This document shows, one piece after another, positions 29,357-41,304 of a DNA stretch of 64,000 bases. Every line of letters starts with the position of its first letter. Positions within the stretch are counted from its first letter, which is position 1. The notes under the pieces are model-generated. The model was not told the DNA's origin. It saw only the letters and a program-made list of their open reading frames with translations, and ran no database searches. Source of the DNA: Vermamoeba vermiformis (lineage: Eukaryota); assembly GCA_045837725.1 (NCBI GenBank), contig JBEWZL010000202.1, positions 62,001 to 126,000 of the forward strand, read 5' to 3'. The translations under genes and the position numbers were made by a program.

Positions 29357-31024
29357 TTACTTCTTGTTGGCGCCTTGAAGCACTGAGAAGACGTTTTGTC
29401 CAAACGAAACGCCCTCATCTTCCTCATCGCTCTCTTCTTGCACTTTTTTCTCCGCTGCTTTGCCGTTATTGCCATTGGCCCCTGTGGTAGGATTAGCACC
29501 GCTCTCTGGCTTCTTCTTATCGCTGTTCTTCTGCGTGTTCTTGTACTTCTTATTCTTCTTGTTGTTCTTTTTCTTAGGCTGCTGTTGTTGCTTAGCTTTG
29601 CTCTCTTGTTCGTCCTTTCTAGCTTGTTTGCGTGCACGAGCAGCAATCTCTCTGAAAGCTGCCACTGACTTGTGTGCATAGGCCTCGGCAATCTAATCAC
29701 CACGAATTAGCAACGCTATCCAATTGAATGTAAGTAAGGCATTACCTCAATAGGGCTCTCCTCTTTCTCGTTACGCAAAGCAATAGTTTGAAGGCCACCG
29801 TGATCGCACAAATAGTTAGCGAAACGAACGCGACCAAAGCGAGCGCAGAAATGCATGGCAGTATTGCCAGCACCAAGATTGGCCGTGGCGTATTCAGGAT
29901 GATCTTCCAACATATCTGTGAACACTCCGTACTCGCTGTCTCTAATAGCTGCAGCAAGTGGATGAGGGTTATACTTGAACGTGTGTTTGTATCGCTCGTC
30001 ACCGACTTTGGCAGGATCGATACTGTCATCTTCATCGGCGTCAAGATCCTCCTCAGCCTCATCATCATCGTCATATTCTTCGCCTTCATCGTCATCGTCG
30101 TCATCGTAATAAGCACGCATTCTAGCTTGCCAGAATCGACGGCGAGCTTCTTCATCCATAGGACTCTCTTCCCCTTCGTCCTCGTCTTCGTCGTACTCCT
30201 CCTCGTCCTCATCATCGTGGTAGTGCGCGTGAGGTCTGTAATGGAAGAACGGATGATCGTGGAAATAATTGTGCTCGTCGTCTTCATCGTCATCTTCTTC
30301 GTCGTAATAATCGTCTTCGTCATCGTACATGTCGTCTATATTAACATAGGGCGTTAGTCTCGGTAGAATATCAGTCCATTACTTCAAACTTACGGAAATG
30401 GAACCCTCCGAAGCCACCAGGATTGATAAAGACAGGTCCTCTTTGCATGAACGGATTCATGCCAAACAAACGGGACATAATAACTTGCATAAACATTTCA
30501 TTCATGTCTGTGAAGTCAAAATCGCCCTCGTCATCTTCAAAATCGCTAAAATAAGGAATTAGTCCCGCCAAAATCAAATCCTCGAAGATCGCGCTTACGG
30601 CTTGGTTAATTTTTGATAGGCTGTAGAAATTTCTTTAAATTTCGCTGTACTCTCTTCACTATTGTTATTCTTATCAGGATGATGCTTCAAAGCAAGCTTC
30701 TTGTAGGCCCGTCTGGTTTAAATAAATAAATCATATTTGTCAAAAGATCAGAATAAGTATTTTTCAAAGAGATAATTAACATATGAGAATTATTATAATT
30801 TGTTGATAATAAAACAAATAATGATAATTGTTCGAGTTTAGGACATCCGATCTGCCGTTCAAAACTAAAGGGACTTCTTGGAATATTTGCGTGCAACTTT
30901 TGATAAATAAAATGCTTGTAATAAGATCGGCACTATATAAATACCTGATTTCATCTTCAGAAGCACCTTCTTGGATGCCAAGCACCTCGTAGCACTCAGT
31001 TCGAGAAATATACGTGCGGCTCAT
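29357..31024 (-). CDS. DnaJ-domain protein with acidic tract and ankyrin repeat
   Basis: [28 protein letters not shown]-domain; [24 protein letters not shown] ankyrin repeat. Confidence 0.85.
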
Positions 31025-31220
31025 GTTTAATCTGAGGTAGCAAACTAATTGTTGCTTTGCTTATGAGATGCTGGAAATAACTAGCGCAACCAGCGCAAAA
31101 GAATAATTTGCCAGGCACGTGCCTGCGATTGCGAAAGAAAATTTGGCCATCTTTTGATTAACAACCTTTATGCACATATAATAACAATAATACAATCCGA
31201 CTATACAAGAGGAAAATTGT

Positions 31221-32473
31221 TTAGAACTGCAAGACCTTGACGGCTCTGGGCTTGTCCTCCAAGGAGAAAGCGTCAGTAGCCTTCAAGGATCCTTGACCCA
31301 ATTGAAGCTCGTTGAAGCGAGTCGACAAGTCTTCGCCATCGATGAGGTCCAAGTCGTCGCTGAGGGGAGCGGGAGCAGGGTCGTAAGCGTGCAACTGACG
31401 GCGCCACTTGCGAACTTGACCGTCCCAGCTGCGCTTGCTGCACTTTTGGTACTTGTCAGGAGTAGAGGGCATGCCCTTGACGCGTTGGTCCTTGGGCACC
31501 TTGGCGACGTAGTTTCTGTAGCCATCGGTGTTCTTGCCGTACTCGATTTGCTTTTGACGAGCACGGAGACGAGCCTCGTCTGACTCACCACCCTCAGGAG
31601 CTTCATCCTCTTGAGGAATGGCGGGCACGGGCTTGGCGGCAACGGCGACAGGAGCAGCAGGCTTGACTGTCTTGGCAACAGCAGGCTTTTGCACTTGAGG
31701 CTTGAGAGCGGCCTTGGTGATAGCAGCAACACCCTTGGCAATGTTGATTACGGAGCTCTTAGCAGCATTGGCGTCGTTCTCCTTATCGACAGCGACAGCC
31801 TTAGAAGGAGCAGCAGTCTTGGTAACGACGGCAGCAGCAGTGGTAGCCTTAGGGGCGGCAATAGTAACGTTCTTGGGCTTCAAAGCGGAGGCAGTTGAAG
31901 TCTTGTTGGCAACGATTGGAGCCAGAGCCTTTCGTTCCTTAGCAGGTTGGGCGGGCTTCTCGGCAGCAACCTTAATCGCGGGCTTAGCGACGACAGCGAC
32001 GGCGTTCTCTTCAGCCTTGGTTGACTTTTTGGCGGGCTTTTGGATGGCAGATTGCGATTTAGCCTTGACCAAAGTCTTAGAAGCGGTCTTAGTTGAGGCC
32101 ACGTCAGAATCAGTTTGAGCGGGGCGCTTAACCTAATTGAAGAATTACAAGTTAATAAAATCAGATGCCGATGAGAAAATAAATTCAATTTACCTTGGGC
32201 TTCTTGACAGCCAAAGCCTCTCCTCTTGAGAGGACGAGTTCAAAGATGCGTTCTTTCAATTGAGAAGGAACAGAGACTTTCTAAACAAGACAGGATGTGA
32301 GCAAGAATTAAATCATGAGCTTGCGCGTTGATATTTACCTGCTCGAATTGAATCAAAAATTCACGAGTGAAAGAGTTTACGGCTTCGACCTGTAGGTTGT
32401 AAGAAGCGACGTTAGATGTGATTGCTTAGATACGATCAAATTGCAGGTGTTAATAACTTACACTAGCGGCCAT
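31221..32473 (-). CDS. SLBP: Histone mRNA stem-loop binding protein
   Basis: RLRARQKQIEYGKNTDGY...PSTPDKYQKCSKRSWDGQVRKWRRQLHAYDP; three short 5' exons starting MAAS. Confidence 0.92.
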
Positions 32474-32759
32474 TGCGACTTATCCTGCAAGAAAAAAAAG
32501 GTGGGTGGTTAGTAATCAAATTAATGATTAGTGTTCAACAACACTTGTTGCATAATAAAACTGACAAGCGCGCGTAGGCTTTTGTGCCTGTGTAACGGAC
32601 ACACGATCACGTGGGCCGACAAAAGGGCGGGAGATTTAAAAAAGTTTTGGCGGGCATCTGAACAAACCGAACAAAAAACGCGCCGTGCATAAAAAAACGA
32701 TTTTATTCTATTTACCATCGTATATTACATTATGAGGTACAAGATGTTACAAGTTATTC

Positions 32760-34017
32760 TTACATATCACGCTGTACAGTTTCGAGAAGTTGCGCTAACC
32801 AACGGGCGGTGGGTTGATCGTCCGTTAGGTAGGGCAGGAACGTGCCATCCTTAAAGGCATCAGGTAGGCAAGACCTTAGCGCCTCGCGGGCTCTGATTAA
32901 GAAGTTAGAAATTGATTGCAGTCACAGATGCGAAACAAAATAATTAATTTGAGCTGATCAGGTTGAAAAATTGGAAACATGTTAATATTCATCCTCTTCC
33001 TATCATAATGACATCATTTTAAGCTCTAATTATTTTCGAAATCGATGCTGAAAAACTTTGCGGCTAAAACTTACCTCGGATTGTCTGCGAGGCGGAGGTA
33101 GCACCGAATAATGTGCTTCAGTAGCCGCTGAGAAGGTTGAGTTACCAGCTGCTGAACCATGCCCATCAACACACTGCTAACTGCGTAGAATCGAGCAGCG
33201 GTGGCGCACACGTAGCTGAGGCCCATATCGTCAAGCAAAATTTTCTGCACTATGAACGTAGCGACTGTCTTAGAGAGCTCGCTACCGGTCTCCATGATGC
33301 GCAGACACAACGGAATGATCTCAGTAGATAAAAGAAAATTGATCACTTCCGAATCGTCCATCTTTAAGAGCAAAATTAGCTCCGGTCAATGTTACGTCAT
33401 CTGATCGTAAGCAAGTGGCTATTTACCTTCACCAAGGCACCGATAACACCCAAGCTCGTCAATCGAAGGTACTCGAAGGGTCGTGATTTAGTGCTTGTGT
33501 TCAAGAAGGGGTACAGAAACAAAGGGATGTGGGCTAGATTAAATTGATAAAAAATTAGACGATTTTTTCTTGTGGCAAAGCTGGTATATAAATTATCACA
33601 TAATGTTGTTTGTAACATATTCGAATGATTCGGTTGTAAATAAAATTACTGAAGCATAATAAATTGATTTTTACATAATGATAAAATTTTCCTCTTACCA
33701 TTTAGGAACAAGGTCCTCGTTTCGCGATGAGATGCTACACACTGAAGAAGGGCAAGTGCATTGCATACTCGATTTGATTGAGAGACTTTGAGCTTTGGTG
33801 GTGACAGCAGCGGATAGACTGCGACTATCTCTTGCAATAGCGCTGCAATAGTTCCAAAGCTGTACCATAGAATAGGTGCGAGATCAGGCACCTCTTCTCG
33901 TCGCTTGCTAAGTTCAAGCAAAGCTGCAGCTCTTGTTTCGGGGTTTGCAAGGTTAAAAACGTATCTATATATTACATCTTCCCGAATATCTTGTGTAGGT
34001 CCGGTTGCATTTTGCAT
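32760..34017 (-). CDS. CNOT9: CCR4-NOT subunit 9 (Rcd1/Caf40)
   Basis: [70 protein letters not shown]. Confidence 0.95.
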
Positions 34018-34216
34018 TTGTATAATACAAAGAGTAAAATACGATTTTGCTCTTGCACGAAGCTAATGACTAGCTTGTTGTTGTCAGCTTATTTTGATGT
34101 TTCGTTTGACCAACTTTTTTTGCTGCTGAGTTTTTGCAGGCAGCATTTTTTTGACGGATCGCGCACCATCGTCAGTTTGTTTTATTGTATTGATAATACA
34201 ACACATACTTGCAAGA

Positions 34217-37200
34217 ATGGCAGATACTCATAACCACTCCAAGCAAGTACAGAAGGTCGGGCTGAAGTACAGTCCTGAGTTTCTTCAACTCTTCACTGAC
34301 CTCGCGTCGATGGATCTTAAAACAAGAACCTCAGCTGGTACCGAACTCTTAAAGACTGTTATTGATAAACAAGCTGAGTTCGAGAAAGCTGAATCCAAAT
34401 CAGGCGATCACTGCCCTGAACTTCAATACACAGTCAAGCGTTTGTGCAAAGGGTTGGCATCATCAAGAGATGGTGCTCGCCAAGGTTTTGCTACAGTCCT
34501 TACTGAGGTAATTATTATTTTGACAAATCTCGCATCGCACTCGCTGATCGCGATTTTTTATCGGTTATAAACCCGAAAATATTTCGAAAAAACAGTTTTA
34601 ATGATATACTAAATATTCCTTGACGTATAATCTCATTACACGCTGGATGGTTTGGATCCATTTCTAATCTCAATCCAGATTTTGAAGACATTCCCTAGCG
34701 TTTCAACAAAGACCGCATTGGATACCATTATGGCGGAGAATGAAGTAAAAGGAAAGGAGATTAAGGGCAAGGCTCCCCGTGAACAGTTATTCGGTCGTAT
34801 TTTTGGATTGGCCACCCTCGCCAGATCCAAGCGGTTGGAGGTAATTTTGCTTCGCTATATTATAACTTAATTACGTTTGATTTATTTATTCAATACAATA
34901 GAGCGATGTCGCTTCCATGTCAAAATCCGAAGTTGAAACTTACATGAAAGAAGTCGCAGCCGTTATTATTGGCGAATTATTGCGCGATGCTAAAAAGAAA
35001 GAATTTTTAGGAGAACTTTGCTTTGATGTCGTTGGCAGTTCATTGAGCCAATTCAAAAAAGAACATTACGAGAAATACATTCAGCCTTTATTACTCCCCA
35101 AAATTTCAGTTCCAAGCGAAGAATTATCACCCGACGCTTTATTATTAATTATCTACATGAAGAAAACATTCAAGGTACCGAACAAAGAATTTTTAAATTT
35201 ATTTGGCTGGATCCAACTAATCTTTCGTTCAAGTTTGACGTTACTACCCTTGGAGGCCAATGGAAGTCATCTAAGTTAATCTCAAGCAAGAACTTCGCCG
35301 CACTTAAGCCTGCGTTGATGGTAAGTTAATCGTACAAACTCGTCAGTTCCAGATCCTAATGTTATTCTAATGCAGAAAGCAGCAAACGCATTCCCTAAAT
35401 TCCATTCAGTATGGCCTCACCTCTTCGAGGAATTGGCATCGCGCGACGCTCCCGGAGCATTTGTCGAGTCCATGAAAGAGATCTTCGACGAATGCTTGGG
35501 ATCTGAAGCCAGCAAATCAGCTCGTTACATGGGCTTGCACGTGATGGCTTTGTTGTTCGATAAGATCGATGGTGCTCTTGCTGCTATGGTCTTGACACCT
35601 AAGATTGTCGATTCATTGGCCAAGACAGCCACGCTCAAGAAAGAAGTCTCTTATCAAGCCGCTAAGCGAGTGGTACGTAGATCTTGCTCAAAATTTAATC
35701 TACACTTTTCTAATCGTATACAGTTGTCTTCTATCACTGCCTCTGGTGCTAAGAGCGAAGCTGCTGCCGCTGCATTGTTAGAGGCGTTGCAAGGACAAGA
35801 CAACTCGAAGAGCTTTGATGCCAAGTCACAGACTAAGTAAGCAACAAACAATAATACAAAGCGAGCCTATATTAATGCTCTTGTTAGAACTGTCTCGGCT
35901 TTGTTGGCTCACGTTAGCGCTGAAAAGGCCCACGAATATTTGAACAAGGCTATTAACGACTTCAATGAAGTTCACGTTAAAGAAGAGGACCTGTAAGTGT
36001 TCTAATATAATACTGTTATAGTACTAATATCTATCAATAGTGAGGGTGAAACAAACGTCGAACAAGGCAAGCAAAAGATTGTCGATATTAAGCGTAGCGT
36101 TGCTTTGGATCAGATCTACTTCATGCTCCGCACTCCTCTCGCCTTCAAAGACGAGGCCTTGACGATCTACGCGCTTAAGTTCTTGTTCTTCCACGCGTTC
36201 TACGTGCGCAAGGAAGGCAAGAGCAAGGGCACGCCTAAGAAGGAAGATGAAGTCCTGTCGAAGTTGTCCGTTAAATTGCAACCTGAACTAAGTGCTCGCA
36301 TGAGAAACAGCTGCAAAGAGCGTTTGTTCTCGTTGTTGGACTTCTTGTACAAGGCTGCTAAGACAAGTACGTAATAAGCCGTCCCAAAATTTTATTTGTC
36401 TGGATCTAACATCGATGTACAGGCAAAAAGTCAAGTGAAGGCAAAGAAAAGAATGGCGATGAAGGAGACGATGAACCTAGCTCTGAAGAGGAGGTCGTTA
36501 ATGGCAACAAAACTATTGACGGCGTTAACTTGATGAAGAGCGGTGAGTTCTGGGGTGATGTGCTGGTCAAGTTCCAAGCTCAATTGGACAACTCCGGTCA
36601 ACTCACTCGCAAACAAGCTATCCAAGACGACGAAGCCAAGGAGGCCTACAGTGCTGGCCTTGCTCTCTTGGAGAAGATCCGTAAAATGGTGAGTAGAAAT
36701 AGTGCAAAGTAATGCGTTGAAACAATTAGCCAATGATGATCCACTGTGACTTGATTCCTTTGAGAGTTTCACATCGTACTGAGTTTCTGAAGGCTAATTC
36801 AACTCATAACATCATTTTTTGTTCTTTACTGTTCAGTCATTCTGACTTGATCTTTTTTGCAGCGTGATCAAGCTAGCAAGGGCGACAACAACGACGTTAA
36901 AGTCCGACGACTTCGTGCATTTGAATCGTTGGTCATCTTCGTCTTGTTGGAGTTCAACAACGTGCCTGAAGAGACTGCAGATCTCGTTCCCGAAATCGAA
37001 ATGTGCTTGCAAAAGATCTTCGAGGCCTCGCCCAAGAAGGCTAAGAAGGAAAAGACTCCCAAGAAGGCCAAGAAACACGATCACGGCGACGAAGAGCACG
37101 ATCACGACGAAGAAGCTGGTCCCTTAGAAGTTCTTACTGACGTGCTTGTTGGCATGCTGGTGAAGGAGTCGCACTTGTTGCGTGAGATTGTCAGCCAAGT

Positions 37201-39169
37201 CTTCGTGTCATTCATCGCTGATTGGTCCGCTGAGTGCATTGGCATTCTCTTGTCTGCCGTTGAGGACCCTGAGAGTGTCATTGATGTTGAAGATGTCAAC
37301 GAGGATGACGATGAAGAGGACGAGGCCATGGAGTTAGACGAGTTCCAAGAGAAGTTCATGAACAAAGAGGGCGATGATGACGAAGAGGAAGATGACGACG
37401 ATGACGAGGATGATGACGAGGAAGACGAGGACGAAGAGTCCAGCGAAGAGAAAGAGGACGTCAAGATGAAGGACGACAAGAAACAAGAGGGCAAGAAGGG
37501 CAAGAAAGCCAAGGAAGATAAAGAAGATTCCGACGAAGAAATGGAAGACTTGCCTCCCGCTGACGACGATGAAATGTTCAAGATGGATGAGGCCTTGAGC
37601 AAGATGTTCGCTGAACGAAAAGAATTGAAAAAGAAGCGCAAAGGTACGACTTAATACTTCTAACTATCAACCTTATTAATATCTGCTTAGATCAAGAAAA
37701 CCAACTCACTCACTTCCGTATTCGTGTCTTGTCGTTGTTGGACGCTTACGTGAAGAAAATGATTCACAGCAACACCGTGCAATCACCACTCGTGTACAAA
37801 TTGTTGACGCCCTTGTTGACCATTGTCAAGGACGGCTTGAAGAAGAAAGAGAACTTGAAGGACTTCCTCAAGACTTGCACGAACATCTACAACCGCGTCG
37901 TCAAGGCCGCCAAGCCTGCTGAGAGCGGCAACGACATTGAAGAGTTGAAGACTATTTTGGACTCGTTGTTGAACATTGGCTTGAAGTCTAACATCCGTCA
38001 CATCATTGACTTGTCACGTGCCGGTGTTGCCTTCATTATCAAGGTGTTGACTCACATTAATAAGTCCGACAAGAAGCCCGTAAGTAGCTCACATTATCGT
38101 AGTTGCCATATATTAATATGACGTTAGCTCGGTGCTTTGGACCTCCCGTTTGCCCGACAGACCTTCACTAATGCTTTCAGTGTTCTTGCCAACAAGAAGA
38201 ACACGACATTGACCCCTGATTTCTACGGCGTAAGTTCAATACGATGAGTATCAAATGTGTTCGTGCTAATGATATTGTTATATAGCCATTCTTGTATAAT
38301 AATCCTGATCTCGGTTGGGCCTTGGCAGACATCGTTGCTGCTGCCGTGAAAAATTCGTCAGAACTCAAGTGCATGCAACCTCTCGTGCAAATGCTCAAGA
38401 ACAAATCAGTCTCTGACCACAAGGACAAGCTGAAGAGTATTGTTCCCGATTGGATTGCTGGATACAAAGCAGCTATTACTAAGAAAGAAAAGAAGCCTTC
38501 ACGCGCTGAATTTGCCGACATGAACAAGTGCACCACGAGCTTATTGAGGGCCTTTGTTGCCAACTTTGATGTTAATACTGTACGTACTACCGTTGCTCGG
38601 TATCTATACTTGCACGTACTAATAGTCAATTCCTATTAGTTGCACAAGACCCTTGGCGACTGGAAGAGTTTGGTTGCCGCCATTGACACCGCCGTAGCGA
38701 GCCCTGAATACGATCGCAAGCAAGCTGTTCTGATGACCGCTCACCAGCTGAAGAGCATGATCAGTGAAGGGTAAGTAGTGGCGTGTAGCAAAGTGACACC
38801 TGTCTAACTCGATGCTGTAGAACCATCACCGAGATGCCCAAAGAAAATAATAACAAGAAAGAAAAGAAGGATAAGAAAGAAAAGGGCGATAAGAAGGAGG
38901 GCCAACAAGTCAATAACAATAACAAGACTACCGCTGTTAATAACAAAGAAAAACCAGCCGAAAAGAAAAAGCCTGCTGGATCCACAGAAGAGGCACCTAA
39001 GGCTCAAGCCCCTACCAAGCCTCAACCTCCTAAAGAGACTGCTAAGCCTCAAGTTGCCAAGGACAATAAGAAGCCGCAACAACAGACTAATGGCGTTACT
39101 GGTGTGAAGAGAAAACAAGAGTCAAATGGCACATCTGACAAGCGACCGAACAAAAAACAGAAACAATAA
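34217..39169 (+). CDS. MYBBP1A: Myb-binding protein 1A / Pol5 family nucleolar protein
   Basis: YTVKRLCKGLASSRDGARQGFATVL, LFGRIFGL, DDEMFKMDEALSKMF, HFRIRVLSLL; acidic tract and K-rich tail. Confidence 0.88.
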
Positions 39170-39219
39170 GCGAAACTTGACAATCAATAAACATTTATTG
39201 TAGATATCAAACGGTACAT

Positions 39220-39764
39220 TTAAAGGAGAATTCTCTCGCTTTCTTTAATAGGGACGTCATTTATGCTTGCATCTCGGACTTTCATTAATCCATCTTCATT
39301 AAAATCCCAATGCTCATTACCATAGGCGCGGAACCACTGTAATAATGAAGGATTAGCAATTTATTGAATTGAAGGACACTCGAGATCAAAAAAATTCATA
39401 CGTACTTCTCCTTTCTCATTGTGCCATTCGTAATAAAAATGGACGGCAATTCTATTATCAGTAAAACAGAATAATTCCTTATGAAGCTTGTAGTCCAGCT
39501 CTTTTTTCCATTTATTTTGCAAGAATATTTTGATTTCTTCGCGGCCATTCAAAAACAGATCTCGATTTCTCCATCTATTAAATATTAATATATGATCATA
39601 ATTTATTAGTGCACTTACTTGGTGTCCGGAGTATACGCCAAAATAACTCTTTCAGGATCTCTAGTGTTCCAGAGATTTTCAGCGGCTTTGACTTTAGCTT
39701 CAGCGCTCTCTTTGGTAAAAGGAGGCTTGATCGGACTAGGAGTAGCTTGTTGTGTGGTGCTCAT
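39220..39764 (-). CDS. DUF1348 (SnoaL/NTF2-like) protein
   Basis: [61 protein letters not shown]; 2 introns. Confidence 0.9.
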
Positions 39765-40093
39765 GTTGTTATCATCGTTGAAATAATCGAATCCGCTTCT
39801 GCTCTTTTATGCTTTGGCCAGCGGCTTCCGCATATTTCCTTAATTGTCCTAATAGAGCAAAAAGGAACTTTCGAGAGCATTCGATCTGGCCAGTGAATTG
39901 AACGAGCGGCGCCAATGAAATTTCCGACTGTTGAAGCTGCTCTTCCACGACGAACCAGAAAAATTCATTGCACGAACACCAACGCTTGGGAGGCTACTAA
40001 TTGAGTACTAAGCCATTTAGCATAGTTTAATTTTTCGTGTTCAGCGATCAGACCGTTTGTGGAACTTCGCAGTTTATATTTGTTCAGGACAAC

Positions 40094-41090
40094 ATGAAGC
40101 GAAAAGGATCAAATATTGATGAGGAACGCGAAGCAAAGCGCAGCAAATTAGATCCAGATGACCTCAGTACAGACGCTCTTCGTGAGATCTTCAAGTATTT
40201 GAGCGATGTTGATATTATACGCGTTGCACGAGTAGCCAAAAATTGGAATAAAGTATCTCATAGCGAAAGAAGCCGATTTATAACGCAAGTAAGGCGATCT
40301 TAAAAAATTCAACTTAAGTATTTTCTTCCTAAATATTTCTATTGTAATCTAATTCCGGTAACTTATTATAAGTATTATTTATAAGTATTATTAATGCGAA
40401 TATTAGAGAATTGCTAGATTGAAATTGGTAAACGGCATTAAGATTGAAACGGATTCGCGCAAGTTAGACGAGATAATAAACGTAAGGACTTACATATTCT
40501 GCGGTGACTATTGATTAATTTATGGACATCGACAGAAGGAGATTACGGCGCTAAAAAAGGAATTGGATGCGCTAACCGCATTTCGCAAGGAGAACTCTAA
40601 AGCACTGCCTGTAATAGAGCGATTTGAAATATGGCGCACATCCTTGGCACCAAAAGAGCACTTCCCGTACCGACAAACTCTTGCTCCTGAAGGTAAAGTT
40701 AATCTGGGTTTTTCCGGATTCAACTCGTGCTTTTCCTAAACAATGCTTGCAGGTGAGGTTGATATTTGGGAGATGGGACAATTTGCGAAAGACTCGGAGG
40801 GCTACTACAAAGGTCGTACTTTTGAGTTAGATGAGTTGCTGGAGGTAGTAGAGGAGCATTTGGAGGTTAGAATTGAAGATCTGCGGAGTGCGGAACCAGA
40901 AACACACCAAGGGAGTGAAGGCAGTGACAAGGATGAGAAGGATGACAAGGGTGACGAAGAGGAGGGTGACGAGGATGACGAGGATGACGAGGATGAGGAC
41001 CCAGAACACCGTGAAAGACTTGCTCAGCTAGAGAAATATCTGCTGATGTTTATGCAACTTAACTTGGGTAGTGTTTGCAATGACTGGTGA
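40094..41090 (+). CDS. F-box protein
   Basis: DDLSTDALREIFKYLSDVDIIRVARVAKNW F-box; acidic stretch near C-terminus. Confidence 0.7.
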
Positions 41091-41304
41091 TTCAATGCCC
41101 CTTGTTAATTGGTGAACGGGAAAGTGAAGTAAACCAAGCTTACACGGGCTCATTTAGTTTGCGTCAAAAAATTCAACACACCAATAGACGAGCGCAAGTT
41201 TTTGACAATGTGCCGAAAGCTCGCCAATTGCTTAATGTTTCGTTCTTTTATTACGAGAACAATCGTAGCATTTGCGAACACTCGTGCTTTTAAGAACACT
41301 AGTC

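Noticed and set aside
31112-31125. 14-bp palindrome CAGGCACGTGCCTG upstream of the DnaJ gene
   Set aside because: Single occurrence; a plausible E-box promoter site but not supportable alone
37300-37560. GAY/GAR triplet-rich tracts (also 30030-30330 and 40920-41000)
   Set aside because: They encode acidic low-complexity protein segments, not independent repeats
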